This document shows, one piece after another, positions 28,389 through 41,813 of a stretch of DNA of 64,000 nt; the stretch's first letter is position 1; every line of letters starts with the position of its first letter. The stretch covers positions 558,001 to 622,000 of the forward strand of contig NOWV01000019.1 in NCBI GenBank assembly GCA_003344405.1. Direction: 5' to 3'. The position numbers were made by a program, and so were the translations under genes. Origin of the DNA: Trichoplax sp. H2. Lineage: Eukaryota. The notes under the pieces were generated by a model. It was given only the letters and a program-made list of their open reading frames with translations. It was not told where the DNA came from and made no database searches.

Positions 28389-31300
28389 GTGTGCCGTTAC
28401 TGAATATGTCTTACATGTTCACTGTAACTACTTACTTTCGATAAAGATGCCTTCATTCTTCTTGTAAATAATATAAATAAATACTAGAGTTATTTTTACA
28501 ATATCAAAAATCGTACGATAGCGATAACTAGACTATTTCCTTCCGGTAAAATGTAAGATCACGTAGATTACCCTATACTTCAAGCATTGTGTTAAATTTC
28601 CTAAAGAATTTCATTAATCCCAATAGGAATTAAGTCCTTATTGGTAATTTTAAATTTAGGAATTTTGGTAAATTTTACACCAAATACAGAAAAATTTACA
28701 AGAATTAGCATAAATGCAATAACATGTCTTAGTTGGAACAAGCAAATCTTTAGTTTTAAAATTTAACTCCAATCCTGACTATATTCTCAGAATAAAGCTT
28801 TCGTAATAGATATAAAGTATGCTTATTTTAATAGCTTAGAAATCGAACGAAATTATATAATCGAATCAAAGTGATTCCGATTTCAGTATTGATTATTTTG
28901 AGAAATATAGCATGATCGGTATTATTCGATTTCATCATTATTTGAATTTTCGATGTTAGAATTTATGATTATTTGTTTTATATTTAATAAAGATTTAAAC
29001 TGATTACTATATATACAAGCTGAGATTTACTGCAAGATTGAAATAGTTTATGTTTACTATAAAAGACAATAAATACTATACGCGTACATAAAATTATTTT
29101 CAAATGACACTATTACGTTCTTGCCAGCTTCCTTGAAACTATACCATATCCATCTACGTAATGTAAAATAAATCTTATTAATTATTAAGGGCAATAGCGT
29201 TAGTAGAATTGATTGTTTATCATCTAAGATATTGTGCAGTTTTAATGATGTGATATATCCAATTCGATTCTGCCCGCTAAATTTATATTGAGAATTAATC
29301 ATACTTTAGAGGTGAGTGAACAAATAACTTTTATTAGCGTCGGAAATTGTTATTTGTAACGTATGCAAAGAAACATTACAACTATGGCCAAATAAATTAA
29401 GTTAAACCCTTTGGATGACTTAGTCATATAAAGAAAATATTTATAGAATCAGAGTTTACAAATTCTGATTTTTTTAAATTTGTGTTACATAAAGATTTAC
29501 AGTGAGTAAGAACAAGTATTTCTAATATTTTTGTAATCTGGTATTACTATTCTCCTGTTTATTAGTATAAAGCTTTAATGATGCTCACCCAATGTATGAT
29601 ATGATAATAATGGAATTCACAATTCTAAATGATAAAATGATTTTTATGATTAATGTTTACTCAATCTACGTAATATAAAATAGCCTTTCAGTGACAATAC
29701 TATTACTAAAACCTTACCCGATGCCCTAATTTTAACATTTACTTACCATTAGTAACACCACAAGAATACTCTAGGCTTTATAAGCATTCATGTTGCTGTC
29801 TAGCTCAGTAATAGCTACATTCCAATGGATGGTTACATACATAGTGCCAAGCTAAGGCGCATTTTCCCAAGGATGCAAAATAGCAAAGAAATCCTTCGTT
29901 TAAACCTCTCAACATGAAGTAAGTGCATGCTGAGAATTACAGTAAGCCTCAGCATGAATCGAAGTTAGGATTTGCACACATATGATTATTTGTTTGATAT
30001 GATCAATATTATAACAATATTTTCATTAAGAAGTCCAAAATATAATAAAAATATTAAAGCATGTCACGTATTACCTCGTGAATCGGAAGTAAATTATCCA
30101 AAAAAGATTCCGATTTCATATATGCGCCAATCTAGAAAATTAAAGCTATCGATATCATCCATCTTTCTCAATTTCTAGCTTATATCATATAACGCGTTTA
30201 ATTAAATATCCGAAGCAATGCTCTTTCCTTATATTTGAAATTTGTTAATTTTTAACGTTATATGTTATCATCAAATAAGTGAAAGCAAAAATTTTTCTTG
30301 AGAAATAAGTTTCGACAGGCTGAAACAGATTTACAGCCTTAATTTAATTCAAGTAATCAGGTACCTCACTCATTATTTAGTATAGTGCTGATATTCTCTG
30401 ATAACTAATTAAGCTAAGATGATAAGATAACATCAAAACTTATGATAAAATTCAACATTTTGGACTTTTGTATATCAAACCATCTGTAGTAATTTTGTCT
30501 AAAAGTAGCATCAAGTGGGGGAATTGAGAGATTCAAAGCATACTATATGCGAATCTACTTCTATTTGATAACTTAATAGAATCGTTAGATTAATAATCAT
30601 TTTTAATAAGTATTTATATTTGATTATAATTGAATGGCGAATGAAACATAGTGTTTACTTTAAGTAAAATTTTCATTTAGCTCTTCAATTAATTTAAAAT
30701 TACGTAGGAATTTAACATGCGGGCTGCACTACATCGATATTATTTGAAACTTATATTCCAAATTAAAGTTTATTGATATGTAAATACTCGTTTTGAAAAA
30801 AAATGAGACGGAATCACTTACATTTTACATTAATTTGTAGTCCTGGGTTGTGTTAAAATCAGATCACGGAAATTCCAAAGTTGCAGAAAAAAGAACTTTA
30901 TGAGATCTAATGCAAAGACTAGCTATTCACAGCTCTATTCTAACCGAATGCAACTAATGAAATAGTTCTAAAAAGAATAATGAATTAATCTAATGTCTCC
31001 TGCTTTTATACTTTCCGTAGCCTTCGTAGCTACAATCAACGTAGCAGTATTCTACCTTATTTTACATATATTCAGCTTATTATTTGTCATAATATTTTAC
31101 AGCGAACCATCGTTAATCCAATACGGAAATGATCACAGCATTTTCGCAGACATTATTCCTACCACTCGAAGTGCAACGAACTAAGAATATCGTAATATAT
31201 GATTTACAATTCTATTTTTAGCTCTAACATTATTAGTAGCTCAACATTTTACTGTACATAGTCATCTGCACTCTAGCATGGAGTATATCCGTACAGTCTA

Positions 31301-31912
31301 TAATTATGGGCTACTAAATATATATCATACGATAAATATAGAAAAGACACTACCGTATATCATACTAAACATGGCTGATAGTATACAATCACAATACTAA
31401 TACTTTACATGGGTGTAATTAGCTTTTTCATGCTAGGGATGGTTGAATTGAGACTAATATTAGTTAATGCATTCGACATGGTGTATTGATCAAGAAATTT
31501 AGTTAAAATATTATAAAAAAAATTCTGTGAATGCTTACAGTATTATTAATTAATTATTGTTAATCGAAGTAATAAATGAATTGTGTATCATGTGCAGCTA
31601 TATTTATATAAATATATAATTGGCAATACGAACAAAAATGCTGTGAAGTACTCGGATATTGTAAATTTGCTATAAAGCAATTTATAGTAAATAGTTGCAA
31701 TCATCTATAACTAGAATATCGACGATAGGATTACATTAATATTTCAAATTAAATCTTAACATCTAAGTACTTACAGTCTCTTATCGCTTGATTTATAATT
31801 ATTACAGAATATTCTATTCTAATTTCCTTTAATAATATAATATTGGTATTATATGTATTCACATATTTTAAAAGAGATTAATATTATCGATGTTCTTAAG
31901 AAGGATTCAAAG

Positions 31913-34900
31913 TTATCCCACATTCATGATATCAATTGTTACACTTCTCACGGCATGCTTATTATCTACGGTCATTAAGCAATCACGATTAGAATTGCTT
32001 TGGCAATCATATTTAACTTTAAACGAATTTTCCTGGTCAGTACTTATGTATTTGATCTGATACTGAATCGAAGATAGGCACTGATAGGCAAGACTGGGTG
32101 GACGCCAAAATAATTGTACATGTGTACAGTTGCTTTTAACTCGAATATTCGTCGCTGCAGGTGCGTTCTCTACGAAGTAAAGTGTAAAACCTTCTAAGAC
32201 AAGTTATGCCATTAAAATGAAACTAAGCTGTTTATTGTTAACATCCGATATCTACTAATCTGTAGACTTTTCCTAACTTACTTAATTGACTGCAATCTAT
32301 TTTTTGCTTTCCCGTCGTGAAGTACGTTTGACTTGGAATAGTAGTTTGAGGAGTAGGCAGTGTTGTCGGCTTTGCTTGACTTGTATGGAGACTATCGATC
32401 TTAAATTGTTGTAGTGTACTGTTATCGCTGACTTTATTATCATATTTCATCGCACTTGCAAGCCAATGATATGTAGTATCCAATTGCAATTCGTCAAATT
32501 TAAGGAATAAATTTCTTACATCCCTAATGAACTATGTTAACGTCCAATTAGAATTAGATTAAAATCTACTTCTACATCTGCTAATCCGTCAGATTGACAA
32601 GTAAATCTGCATGATCATATTTTTAGTAAATTATCAGCCAGATTATTTTTTTTATATCTTTCAGAGATTATAGTATGGTGTTAAGGTAGGAATTGGAAAC
32701 TTGGAATATGAAAAGATGCGATCATAATTTGTGCAATTTTATAATGGAATTAAATATATATGTATGCACAAAAATAGGTATCTCCTAACAATTACTACAT
32801 TTATAGTATTATTACGTGAAAGGTTCTTCCTGATTTATTTCCTTCAGATAAAAAGAAGTGATAATGGTAGCTTGCACCATAATAGCATCGATCATGTTGA
32901 TAGCAGGTTAATTTTACTGTTTCCTTCTTATAGTCAATAAGACTTCGACATTCTTTAGGTGGAGCTGGTTCATCTATAAAGTAGAATAAAATTTACTGTT
33001 ACCTAAGATAGAATGACATCACATATGATCTAATTTATATGGCTTACACAGCATATTTGGCCATGTTCTGTAAAATGCGCTAGTAGAGTGGTGGCGATTG
33101 TCGATTGTGCTTGCCAATACTTGATAGACTAAGGTAGAGCCTATTTTCCTTCCATCAAGAGTAATCTGGCATTGGGTATGAGAAGTTTTATTGCAGGCAT
33201 ATTTCCAATCAGTATTGCCACTAGCAGAATAAATTCTATAGTATATGCCATATTGAAGGAAGGGTTGGCAACTCGAATCTACAGCTGGTGGATCCCATGT
33301 AAATGTGATGCGAGTGCAATCAATTTTAACTTTCAGGTTTTTAGCAGCTTCTAAATTGTCTAAAGAAATAATGGATTATATTATTAAAGACGGAAAGTTT
33401 AATTCATTTATGGAATAAACATAATAAAATATGTGGCATTTGATAAGCCAAAACATTTGCTCTTCAACTTTTCAACATTATCTTGTGCGAAAGAGTGCTA
33501 ATTGAATATTTCGAACAATATAACATAACATTTCAAAAGACACTGGAGTGGTTTATTAATATCATTTTTATTTGTGATTAACATTAAATTTGCTAGAAGT
33601 AAGACGAAATGTTAGCATGAGCATACCTACCTTCAATGTAGTAAATTTGTTTACATAAATAAAGGGTAGCAAATCGTTCTAAATATATTTCACAGGGTAA
33701 AATGAAATGTTATCTAAAGGATTAGAGTTACTAATGCTATCTTCATTGTAAACATTCTAGATATTATATTTACCCACGGAATATTAATTTAAGGATTTTA
33801 ATCAACTTAATATAAAACTATGTTAAAAAAAATATTGAATGAATTTCTTGTGACGTATTTGAATATGCAATCTGCTAGAATAAGCATTCAGTGAAATACG
33901 TATTCGTAAACAGTTTTGTGAATCCTAATACCGCTTTCAGTTGCTAAACGAAATTATTTCTTAACAATTAAGTTATAAGTAAAGCTATTTGTTATAAAAA
34001 ATCAACTGATTATTCTGTAATACCACTTTAAGTCTGCAATTTGAGTACGCATACTAATGCATATTATTAGACTAAAAAATTACTTACATGTTTGAGCAGT
34101 ATTCTTATCAGTAATAGTTATCATGTTCTAGTATACACAGTAAAAGGCGCAATCTACATTTACTGTAAACTAAAGTCATTACTAAAAAATAATTTCACAT
34201 TGCAATGCAATGAATTCGCCAAATATCATGTATTTTAAATCAGTAAAATATGGGCTAAAAAATGATGTCATAGGATTGACCAACTCTCGAGTTTGACCGA
34301 AATATATGTGCAGTATGTGAATAATAGCAACAATGCCGACTTGTATTGTCTTTATATACATAAGTATGCACGCATGCATGCTACAGCTAAAGCTGGAAAC
34401 CCCTTTCTTATTCCTCTATAAATAGTTTAAAGACATATACGTATATGCGTAAAATAATATTTATCCATTTTGAAATTTCGGTTTCGCTCAAACAGCTTGT
34501 TATCAAATCGCACGTGAGTGTTAAATGCTAATTATTGACATAAATCTTCATTAAGTTAAAGCTCGAAATAAGAGAAAAATTTTTAAAGTTTTGGTTTGCT
34601 TGCCTAATTTTTTACTGCAATGCGAGCGAGGTACATCTTTTGTAGCCACTGTAGTTGGAACTTCAGTCGTCGCCATCGAAGAATGTAAAGAAAAATTGAA
34701 TTGAGGAGTGAAATTGCTTTCGCGATTGCTGTAGGTCTTACTACTAGCATACCAATAATAATTTACTTTGGCATTTAATTGAGAAAATTGAATCACTTTA
34801 ATTCTTTTGCCATTCAGCGAAAACTGTTATAGAAAAAGAAACATTTATTATTATAATTTAGAAGTCGGCATTGCTCTTACACAGTTTCATAGTTAATGAG

Positions 34901-36426
34901 CGTTAAACTTTTAAATCTTTCTTTCGTCAGATGTAAGATAGTCGCCAATTTCAATTTAAGTATCTATGTATGATATCGATAATTCATAAGAAGCCTACTT
35001 TTTGTATTTGAGTATTGGAATCTCTTCTACCCAAGTAGAAGTAGTAGGAATAACTGGATCCATAATAACATCGATTATGCTTACTACAAGTCAATGTAAC
35101 TGATTTCTGATTCAAATCGATAATTGTTTGGCAGTTTTGAGGTGGTATGGGTATAACTAAAGTATTAGAATAGGCCAATTATGCATTTTTTTATTTTATA
35201 ATTCGTACTTTTATAGCTATTGTAAAGAATTTAAGGCTAAGTTGATGTAGATTTTGTATACATTTCAATTTTGTTACTGAATAATGCGCATAAATTTATA
35301 ACATGATACACTCAAGTAAGATTTTTTAGCCGAATTATAAGCTAACATGTCATCGATGGCCACGATCGATAATAAGGACTTGATGAATTTAAACGGTGAT
35401 TGAAGGCTTGATTTGTCATCTTTGCCATCACTTTATAAATAATGGTAACTCCAATCAATCTGCCATCCAGTTGAATGGTGCATTCTAGCTGGGAAGTATC
35501 CTGGCAGGCAAATTTCAAGTCAGAATCACCGCTACTTGAATATATCTTGTAGTAAATTTGATAGCGAATGAACTTTAAGCAATCCGCATCGATGGCTGGT
35601 GGATTCCAATCAATTTTAAATTTGTTACATTTGGTCGTAGATTTTACGAAAGTTACAGAAGGCAGGATTGCTATTATAATTTATATTTGGTAATGAAACA
35701 CATTGAGTTTAAGTTAACTATGTTAAAAATTACTTACTATGAATAATCATTCAAATTAAGAAAGCTTATAAAGCTAAAAGATTCAACAACTTTATCAAAG
35801 ATTATACTATATACCGATATTATTGCAATGAGATTCTGCCAGAGGTAAACTTTTGCCTATTTTGTTTAAATACATGGGAATAACAAATTAGCAAAAAAGG
35901 CAAAATTCAGATGAATACTGTCGTTCAAATCAAGACAAATAAGGCATCGGTAAACAATACATTTTATCAAATTGTCAAGAAAATTACCGACTAAACTAGC
36001 AAATGTATTCCATGGTTTTATATATTTGTGATAAAGAAATCTCTCATTAATTGAAAGACTACATTTACCAAAAGATCAAATGGAATTGTATTTAGTGAAC
36101 ACTAGTAAAACAAACTATATTCATGAAGAGAGGTTAATTGCTCTTACGATGATCTTACTTATAATATGCAATTTTTTTTCATCGTTTAAATTCGATTTAT
36201 AAGAAATTTCGAATTTTCTCCAAAATTTCTCACTTTATCAGCACGAAGTACAAGAATTTCCATTGATATCATATTTACGCTAATAAGAAATTCTATACAG
36301 AGTATTGGCATTAACGCCTACTTTTTGAAAATAAGTATCATAGCCCTGAGCACTACATAGAACTATAAATAACTTAGAATCACCTAATATAAGGCCAAAT
36401 AGAGTACATAAAGGCAATAACCTCAT
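31913..36426 (-). CDS. Receptor-like gene B: signal peptide + two FN3-pair modules + truncated third D1; no TM exon found (secreted form or 3'-decayed gene)
   Basis: Exons 36426-36384 (MRLLPLCTLFGLIL), 35856-35815 (Cys micro-exon GKSLPLAESHCNNI), 35670-35347 (D1), 35156-34999 and 34823-34604 (D2; probable GC donor), 33359-33048 (D1'), 32973-32816 and 32531-32282 (D2'), 32169-31913 (third D1, NCTHVQLFWRPP...YQIKY...C......C...MNVG*). Confidence 0.75.
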
Positions 36427-37379
36427 TCCAACCATTTTAATATTCAATATAACACACGGAGTAAGATCACGAAAAGGATCGCAATTTGGATAAAGCCAAG
36501 GAGCTTCAGTAAGTTGTGATTACTACGCCTGTGGCTATTTTGCTGTAAGTCTTCGATATTCAATATGGCTAACAGCTTCTGATCCACGTATTGTATGATA
36601 CTTTATTGAGATTTGTTTACTTTCTAAACATCGAACTCTTCACTCATCGCTTTTTCCTGTAAATTTCGCAATAGTTTAGGTCGTAGAGACTTAATGAATA
36701 AATTAACGAAATAATATTTATATATGGAGATTAAAATTAGTTACTGACAGTAGAATCACTAAAGCTATAATGTGTTACAGTAAATTATATATGGTACTGT
36801 AATGCAATTCTTATATAGTAATTAAATACAGTTATGATCAATACTAGAATGTAGGTGTATTGAAATGACTCTTTGAATGGACATACTGTATAATTAAAAC
36901 TGATTCAACAGAAAACATGTACTGGGGAAAGCATTATTACCGGAGAACACACTATTAATTTATTATTTCAAATTTGCTCTATTATGGCATGTTCCAATTC
37001 AAAATTACATTATAAAATTTGGCAAATTTGGTATGCTCGAAATGAAAATTTCTAGTAACAGATGGTTAGCTTTTCTTATAAAATTCTGAATTATGACATT
37101 GTATTTGGCTTTACACCCATTTAACGATTTTAATATTGCGGTGCTTTATAATGTAGTCACTGGTTGGTTGAGGCGGTTGGTAGGGATCCATAGCCGAGAA
37201 ATCAGTATGATTTCTTAACACTAGCTAAAAATCAAAGAAAATCGAAGTGAAATGAAGAAATTTAAATGAAATGAATTTATGGCTATCGAAATATTATCCT
37301 CAGCTTTTTCTCACTGAATCGAAAGAGTGTAAAATCTGAAGAATTCCTAAAAATTATAGGATTATTTCTACTTACCTCA

Positions 37380-38009
37380 TGTTACAGTGTTAAATACTGT
37401 ATTACAGTAGAAATAACTATGTTAGGATAATTATGTTAGACTATCCTTATTTAGTTAACTTCTAATTTGGATATACTGTGTTTTAATATAGCACTGACTT
37501 TTTATCACAGTGACACTTATACACATACTGAAATTAATAATTATAATAGGGAATGCAAATCATCTGCTTACAGTTCGAATCATTGTGATTGTAATTTACT
37601 TATGGTAGACTGTAAATTATCATGGAAATGTTCCGTGATAGGACATATCGTAATCTGACTATTCTGTATTAGTCATTACGTGTCTATGTTCGTAAATACT
37701 GTTGTCTGCATTAAGGGAGCAGTAGCTAAAATTAATATCTAATTCAGTAAATGATTCCAATGTTAATTGTATTAACTATGACTTATGAACTATTGAGGAA
37801 TAGTATATAAATGCAGTATATCGTGAAATAAAGAAAATTCTCCAACTAACTGTTTAACGTAAAATACGAGGCGTTTAAGTCTTCGTGTAGTCTGCTAGTA
37901 GAGCAAAAGTGTTTGCGATAGTGCAGATATCGTTCCTTGATACGTGGTTCAAGGAATTGACTTATTGATCGTATATTGCGTTATCTTATTGCAAAGCTGT
38001 TTTGTGACA
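37380..38009 (+). mobile_element. Solo LTR family 1 (630 bp), TSD CCTCA
   Basis: TGTTACA...TGTGACA ends. CCTCA at 37375-37379 and 38010-38014. TATATAAA ~37804 followed by AATAAA ~37827. Five copies in the window. Confidence 0.9.
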
Positions 38010-40894
38010 CCTCATAATTACTTTAGTAAGGCCTTTTTCAATTTGCGATTCTGAACGTATTCAGTAACTGCGAGCTATGGAAAATATACAACATTGTAAT
38101 AAAAATTGTTTTGTTGATATATTTAGGCACAAGGTAATTAAGAGTTACAGTTACATCGTATATTGATATTAAATTTCAGTGAACGCAAGCTATATCTTGC
38201 TATAAAATTTTCTTGATATAGCCTAAGTAGAATTACTCATATTGGTCAGTCAAGTTTGCAGTTTACTGAATGTATTTCATATTGCTAGAAATCGCCTCGC
38301 TGTATTATTTAAGAAAGTACTTTGGGAAATACAACTAATACATGATTACTAAAGACGAGCTAAATGATACGATTTAGAATCAAATAATTCTATGATATAT
38401 TATCTTATTCTTAAATCAAGATTATTATTCATCTGTGTACATAGTTTTGTTAAGCTAGAAATAATAGAAACTAATGGCTTTCTGAATCTACGTTTTGATT
38501 TTACTTTAATGTTTTATCTGTACTAGAAGTCTCAGCTATAAAAATGAAAAATATGACGTTCTATTCCAATAAAAGGAAGACTTTATTAACGAAATAATCT
38601 GACATTTTTTGCATATTAAGTGGCCTTTTTTCAATTAAACTGCTCTTTTAATATAAAAAAATGACATTATATACAGGAATATAATATAAGCTACAAGTGA
38701 ATAGGGAAAGCCAATCGTAAAGGATCTATTCCATTGCTGTCGATATCAAGAATATTTTACCATTTATTAAAAGAATGCACTCTGTTTCAGTTCAGTTGTC
38801 AAAAATAATATGTTTAAATCCGATGTTATTGCGAGTGTTGAAAGGATTGTGGGTGAAAAGTCTATATTATATTAAAATTTCAATAAGAGATCAATAATTT
38901 AGAACAGACTGATATCAATTTTAAGTCTTTCTAGTAAGAATTAGGATAGCTGCAGTATTCGAACTTTTTAGCTGAATACATTCTATGCGTATAGATAAAT
39001 GTACACAAATGCAGCATGTCTAAATGTTTGAATACTACATTCGTATGCACCGTTGATCTTTCAGGAACTAAAATTATCTATAGATGCAACGCTAAAATGT
39101 GCCTTGAAGTTACAGGTAATGCAAGATTCTTCGGAATCATAATGATGATTTTAATACTAACTTTGACTGATGTGCCAAATGCATGAAAAAAATTAAACAT
39201 ACGCATATAGCCTGGATCTAAAGTCTTTAAAGACATGGCTTCCTTTATAAATATAATCTATAGTAATTGTAACATTTTTAGCCATTACAGGTATATTTTC
39301 TATAGATTTTAGCACAACAAGCTTTGATAGATGGGGAAGAACTTCTCACAGCAGCGGATCTTGAAAGATAATAACTAAGAACAGTAATAAAAGAAGGAAA
39401 ATATGGCTGCTTTAAATACGTTAAATAACTTGTTTACCACCTAAAGATTGCATCACTTAATACTCAAGAGTGTCGAGTATGGTAACGAGATTCTTAGATT
39501 AGTAGTATATTCTACCGAACTGAAATCAAGCTACTGGAATCATAAAAAACATTGCTAATATATACCTATTATTGTCAACGTTCCTAGATTTGATATTATT
39601 TTAAAGCTACATCTAATCTATTTCTGCGCCACATTTTGACAAAATAGCTTATCTAACAGTTTCACCACAAAAGTAAAAATTTAGAAATCAGTTTTACTGG
39701 TTTTTTAGTTAATTTCTTGAGATGGCCTGGAAGTTGAAATTTTATTTATACCGTAGACGTTTATAAATAAGTTCTATTGCACAATATTTATATCAGTCAG
39801 ATGCTATTTAAAAAAAATTAGTTAAATTTTAAAGTAATTATAGTAAAAGTATCAAAACTGTTCTATCTAATCATAAATCTAATTCTCTTAAATAATTATC
39901 TAAACTGAGATGGAATTAGAAAGCCTCCGATACAAGATTTTAGAATAGTAGTGCAGCAATTAACTAATGGCAAGAGTTTAAATTTATGCCTTTTGCGCTC
40001 AGAGTGAAGCAAAGTTCCTATTTACAGCTCTTAAACATATGCGGGTACATTCAAGTTAAATATTCTTACAACAAAAAAGAACCCTACCGTCAAACTTGAT
40101 TATTCAAAAATTAAAACAGTTATTCTCAAATGTTGAACCTAAATATTTTACCGTGTGATTTCATATGCTTAAGATGTACTTACTCTTCTATCAACTTCCA
40201 ACATCGAACGGTATTGTGCATCTTTACTACTGCAATATATTAATTCATATAGACCTAGTCCTTAGTTAATTAACTACTAGCTGTTGAAATCTACAATATC
40301 TAATGTCAGCAATCACGATTAACGATTTCTAATATTAGCAATACAATACGATCCATTCGTTATTAGCAGCCTAACTATATCAAATATTACGATGAACATA
40401 AATCAAATATGATGAACCACTATACAATTCGCAATTGTCATTAGTGCCAAATGCATTTATTCAAGTATGTAATGAACATGCATTGGCTATAGTAGTGAAA
40501 TATTGCTGAAAACATTCCTTTGCTTAGCTTTCTTAGGAATGATATCCTATAGCCATTGTTAGTTTGTAAGTTTAGGAGTATTTTAACTTATGTATAAATA
40601 ATAATTATGATTAGAAATTTAGTATCGCTCATTATGAATTAACATTGGTATCGTACCTGTTTGCTTAAAAATATTATTTATTACAAATAATTCAGGTTGG
40701 TACAATAAAACCTAATTCTGTAACATGAAAGTATTCCTGGAATCTTATTAAATTCTGTTAAATTAGAGTATGAATAATTTAAGTTGCTCTGAAGATTCAT
40801 TTCAAGAATAAATTAGATTTATACGAAACACTTATTCAATTCCTGATAGCTACCGTCATATACTTTATTTATTTTGCCCTATTATCTACCTACT

Positions 40895-41813
40895 TGTTAC
40901 AGTGTTGCCTTGTCATTAGGATAGATTTAAGTACAGTAGTAGCTAGTATGGAGAATATCCGTATTTGTAGTGCTAGGTAAGATAAGTAATGCCTTAACGT
41001 GGATGTTGTTTGTAACAGTTCATTACATATTTGATACTGATTGTTGTGTGATAGATAGCAGTAAGATGATTCAAGTTCTACTTGATGATAGTTGAATTAG
41101 ACAACCTGCGAGCTTAGATTAAGATTAAGTATCAGTAAAAGATTCAAAACATTTACTGATAGAAAAAGCTATGTAAGGAACATCTCAGTTCGAGATGTTT
41201 CTCCTAGTAAGGTATAACAATAATACTGTTGTTGTTTACGAATTAGGCGGTTCCTATATAAACGGGAACATTTGAGTTCAGTGATGGTAAAAAGTTGTAG
41301 ATGTATCTTTGCTAATAAAAGTTTCATCTTTATAGTCTTTTGCTGTGTGTTTAACGTTAAGTAAAAGGGCGTTTAAGTCAGTAGCCACTTATAGACTTTT
41401 ACTGTACGTTACCTTGTCACAGAAGTGAAAATGTGACGATTAGATAATCACAAAACTACTTAAAAGAATTACAGTAGACTTGCAATTGTACATTGAAAGT
41501 AACCTCATATACTGTATTCCTCCAACTTTATGTTNNNNNNNNNNNNNNNNNNNNAGTTCGAGATGTTTCTCCTAGTAAGGTATAACAATAATACTGTTGT
41601 TGTTTACAAATTAGACGGTTCCTATATAAACGGGAACATTTGAGTTCAGTGGTGGTAAAAAGTTGTAGGTGTGCAGTATCTTTGCTAATAAAAGTTCCAT
41701 CTTTACAGTCTTTTACTGTGTGTGTTTAAAGTTAAGTAAAAGGGTGTTTAAGTCAGCATCTACAAATAGGCTTTTACTGTACGTTACCTTGTCGCAGTAG
41801 TGAAATTGTGACA
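40895..41813 (+). mobile_element. Two family-1-related LTR copies around N gap 41535-41554 (40895-41438 and 41555-41813)
   Basis: Start TGTTACAGTGTT is shared with family 1. TATATAAA, AATAAA and a GGCGTTTAAGTC-like motif are present. The 3' part is repeated after the gap with several substitutions and indels, ending TGTGACA. Outer flanks CTACT/GTACT. Confidence 0.6.

Noticed and set aside
29746-29800. Strong GTAAGT donors with exon-like upstream sequence (also ~11394 and ~42603)
   Set aside because: No open signal-peptide frame or partner exons; possibly non-coding or decayed exons, but unsupported.
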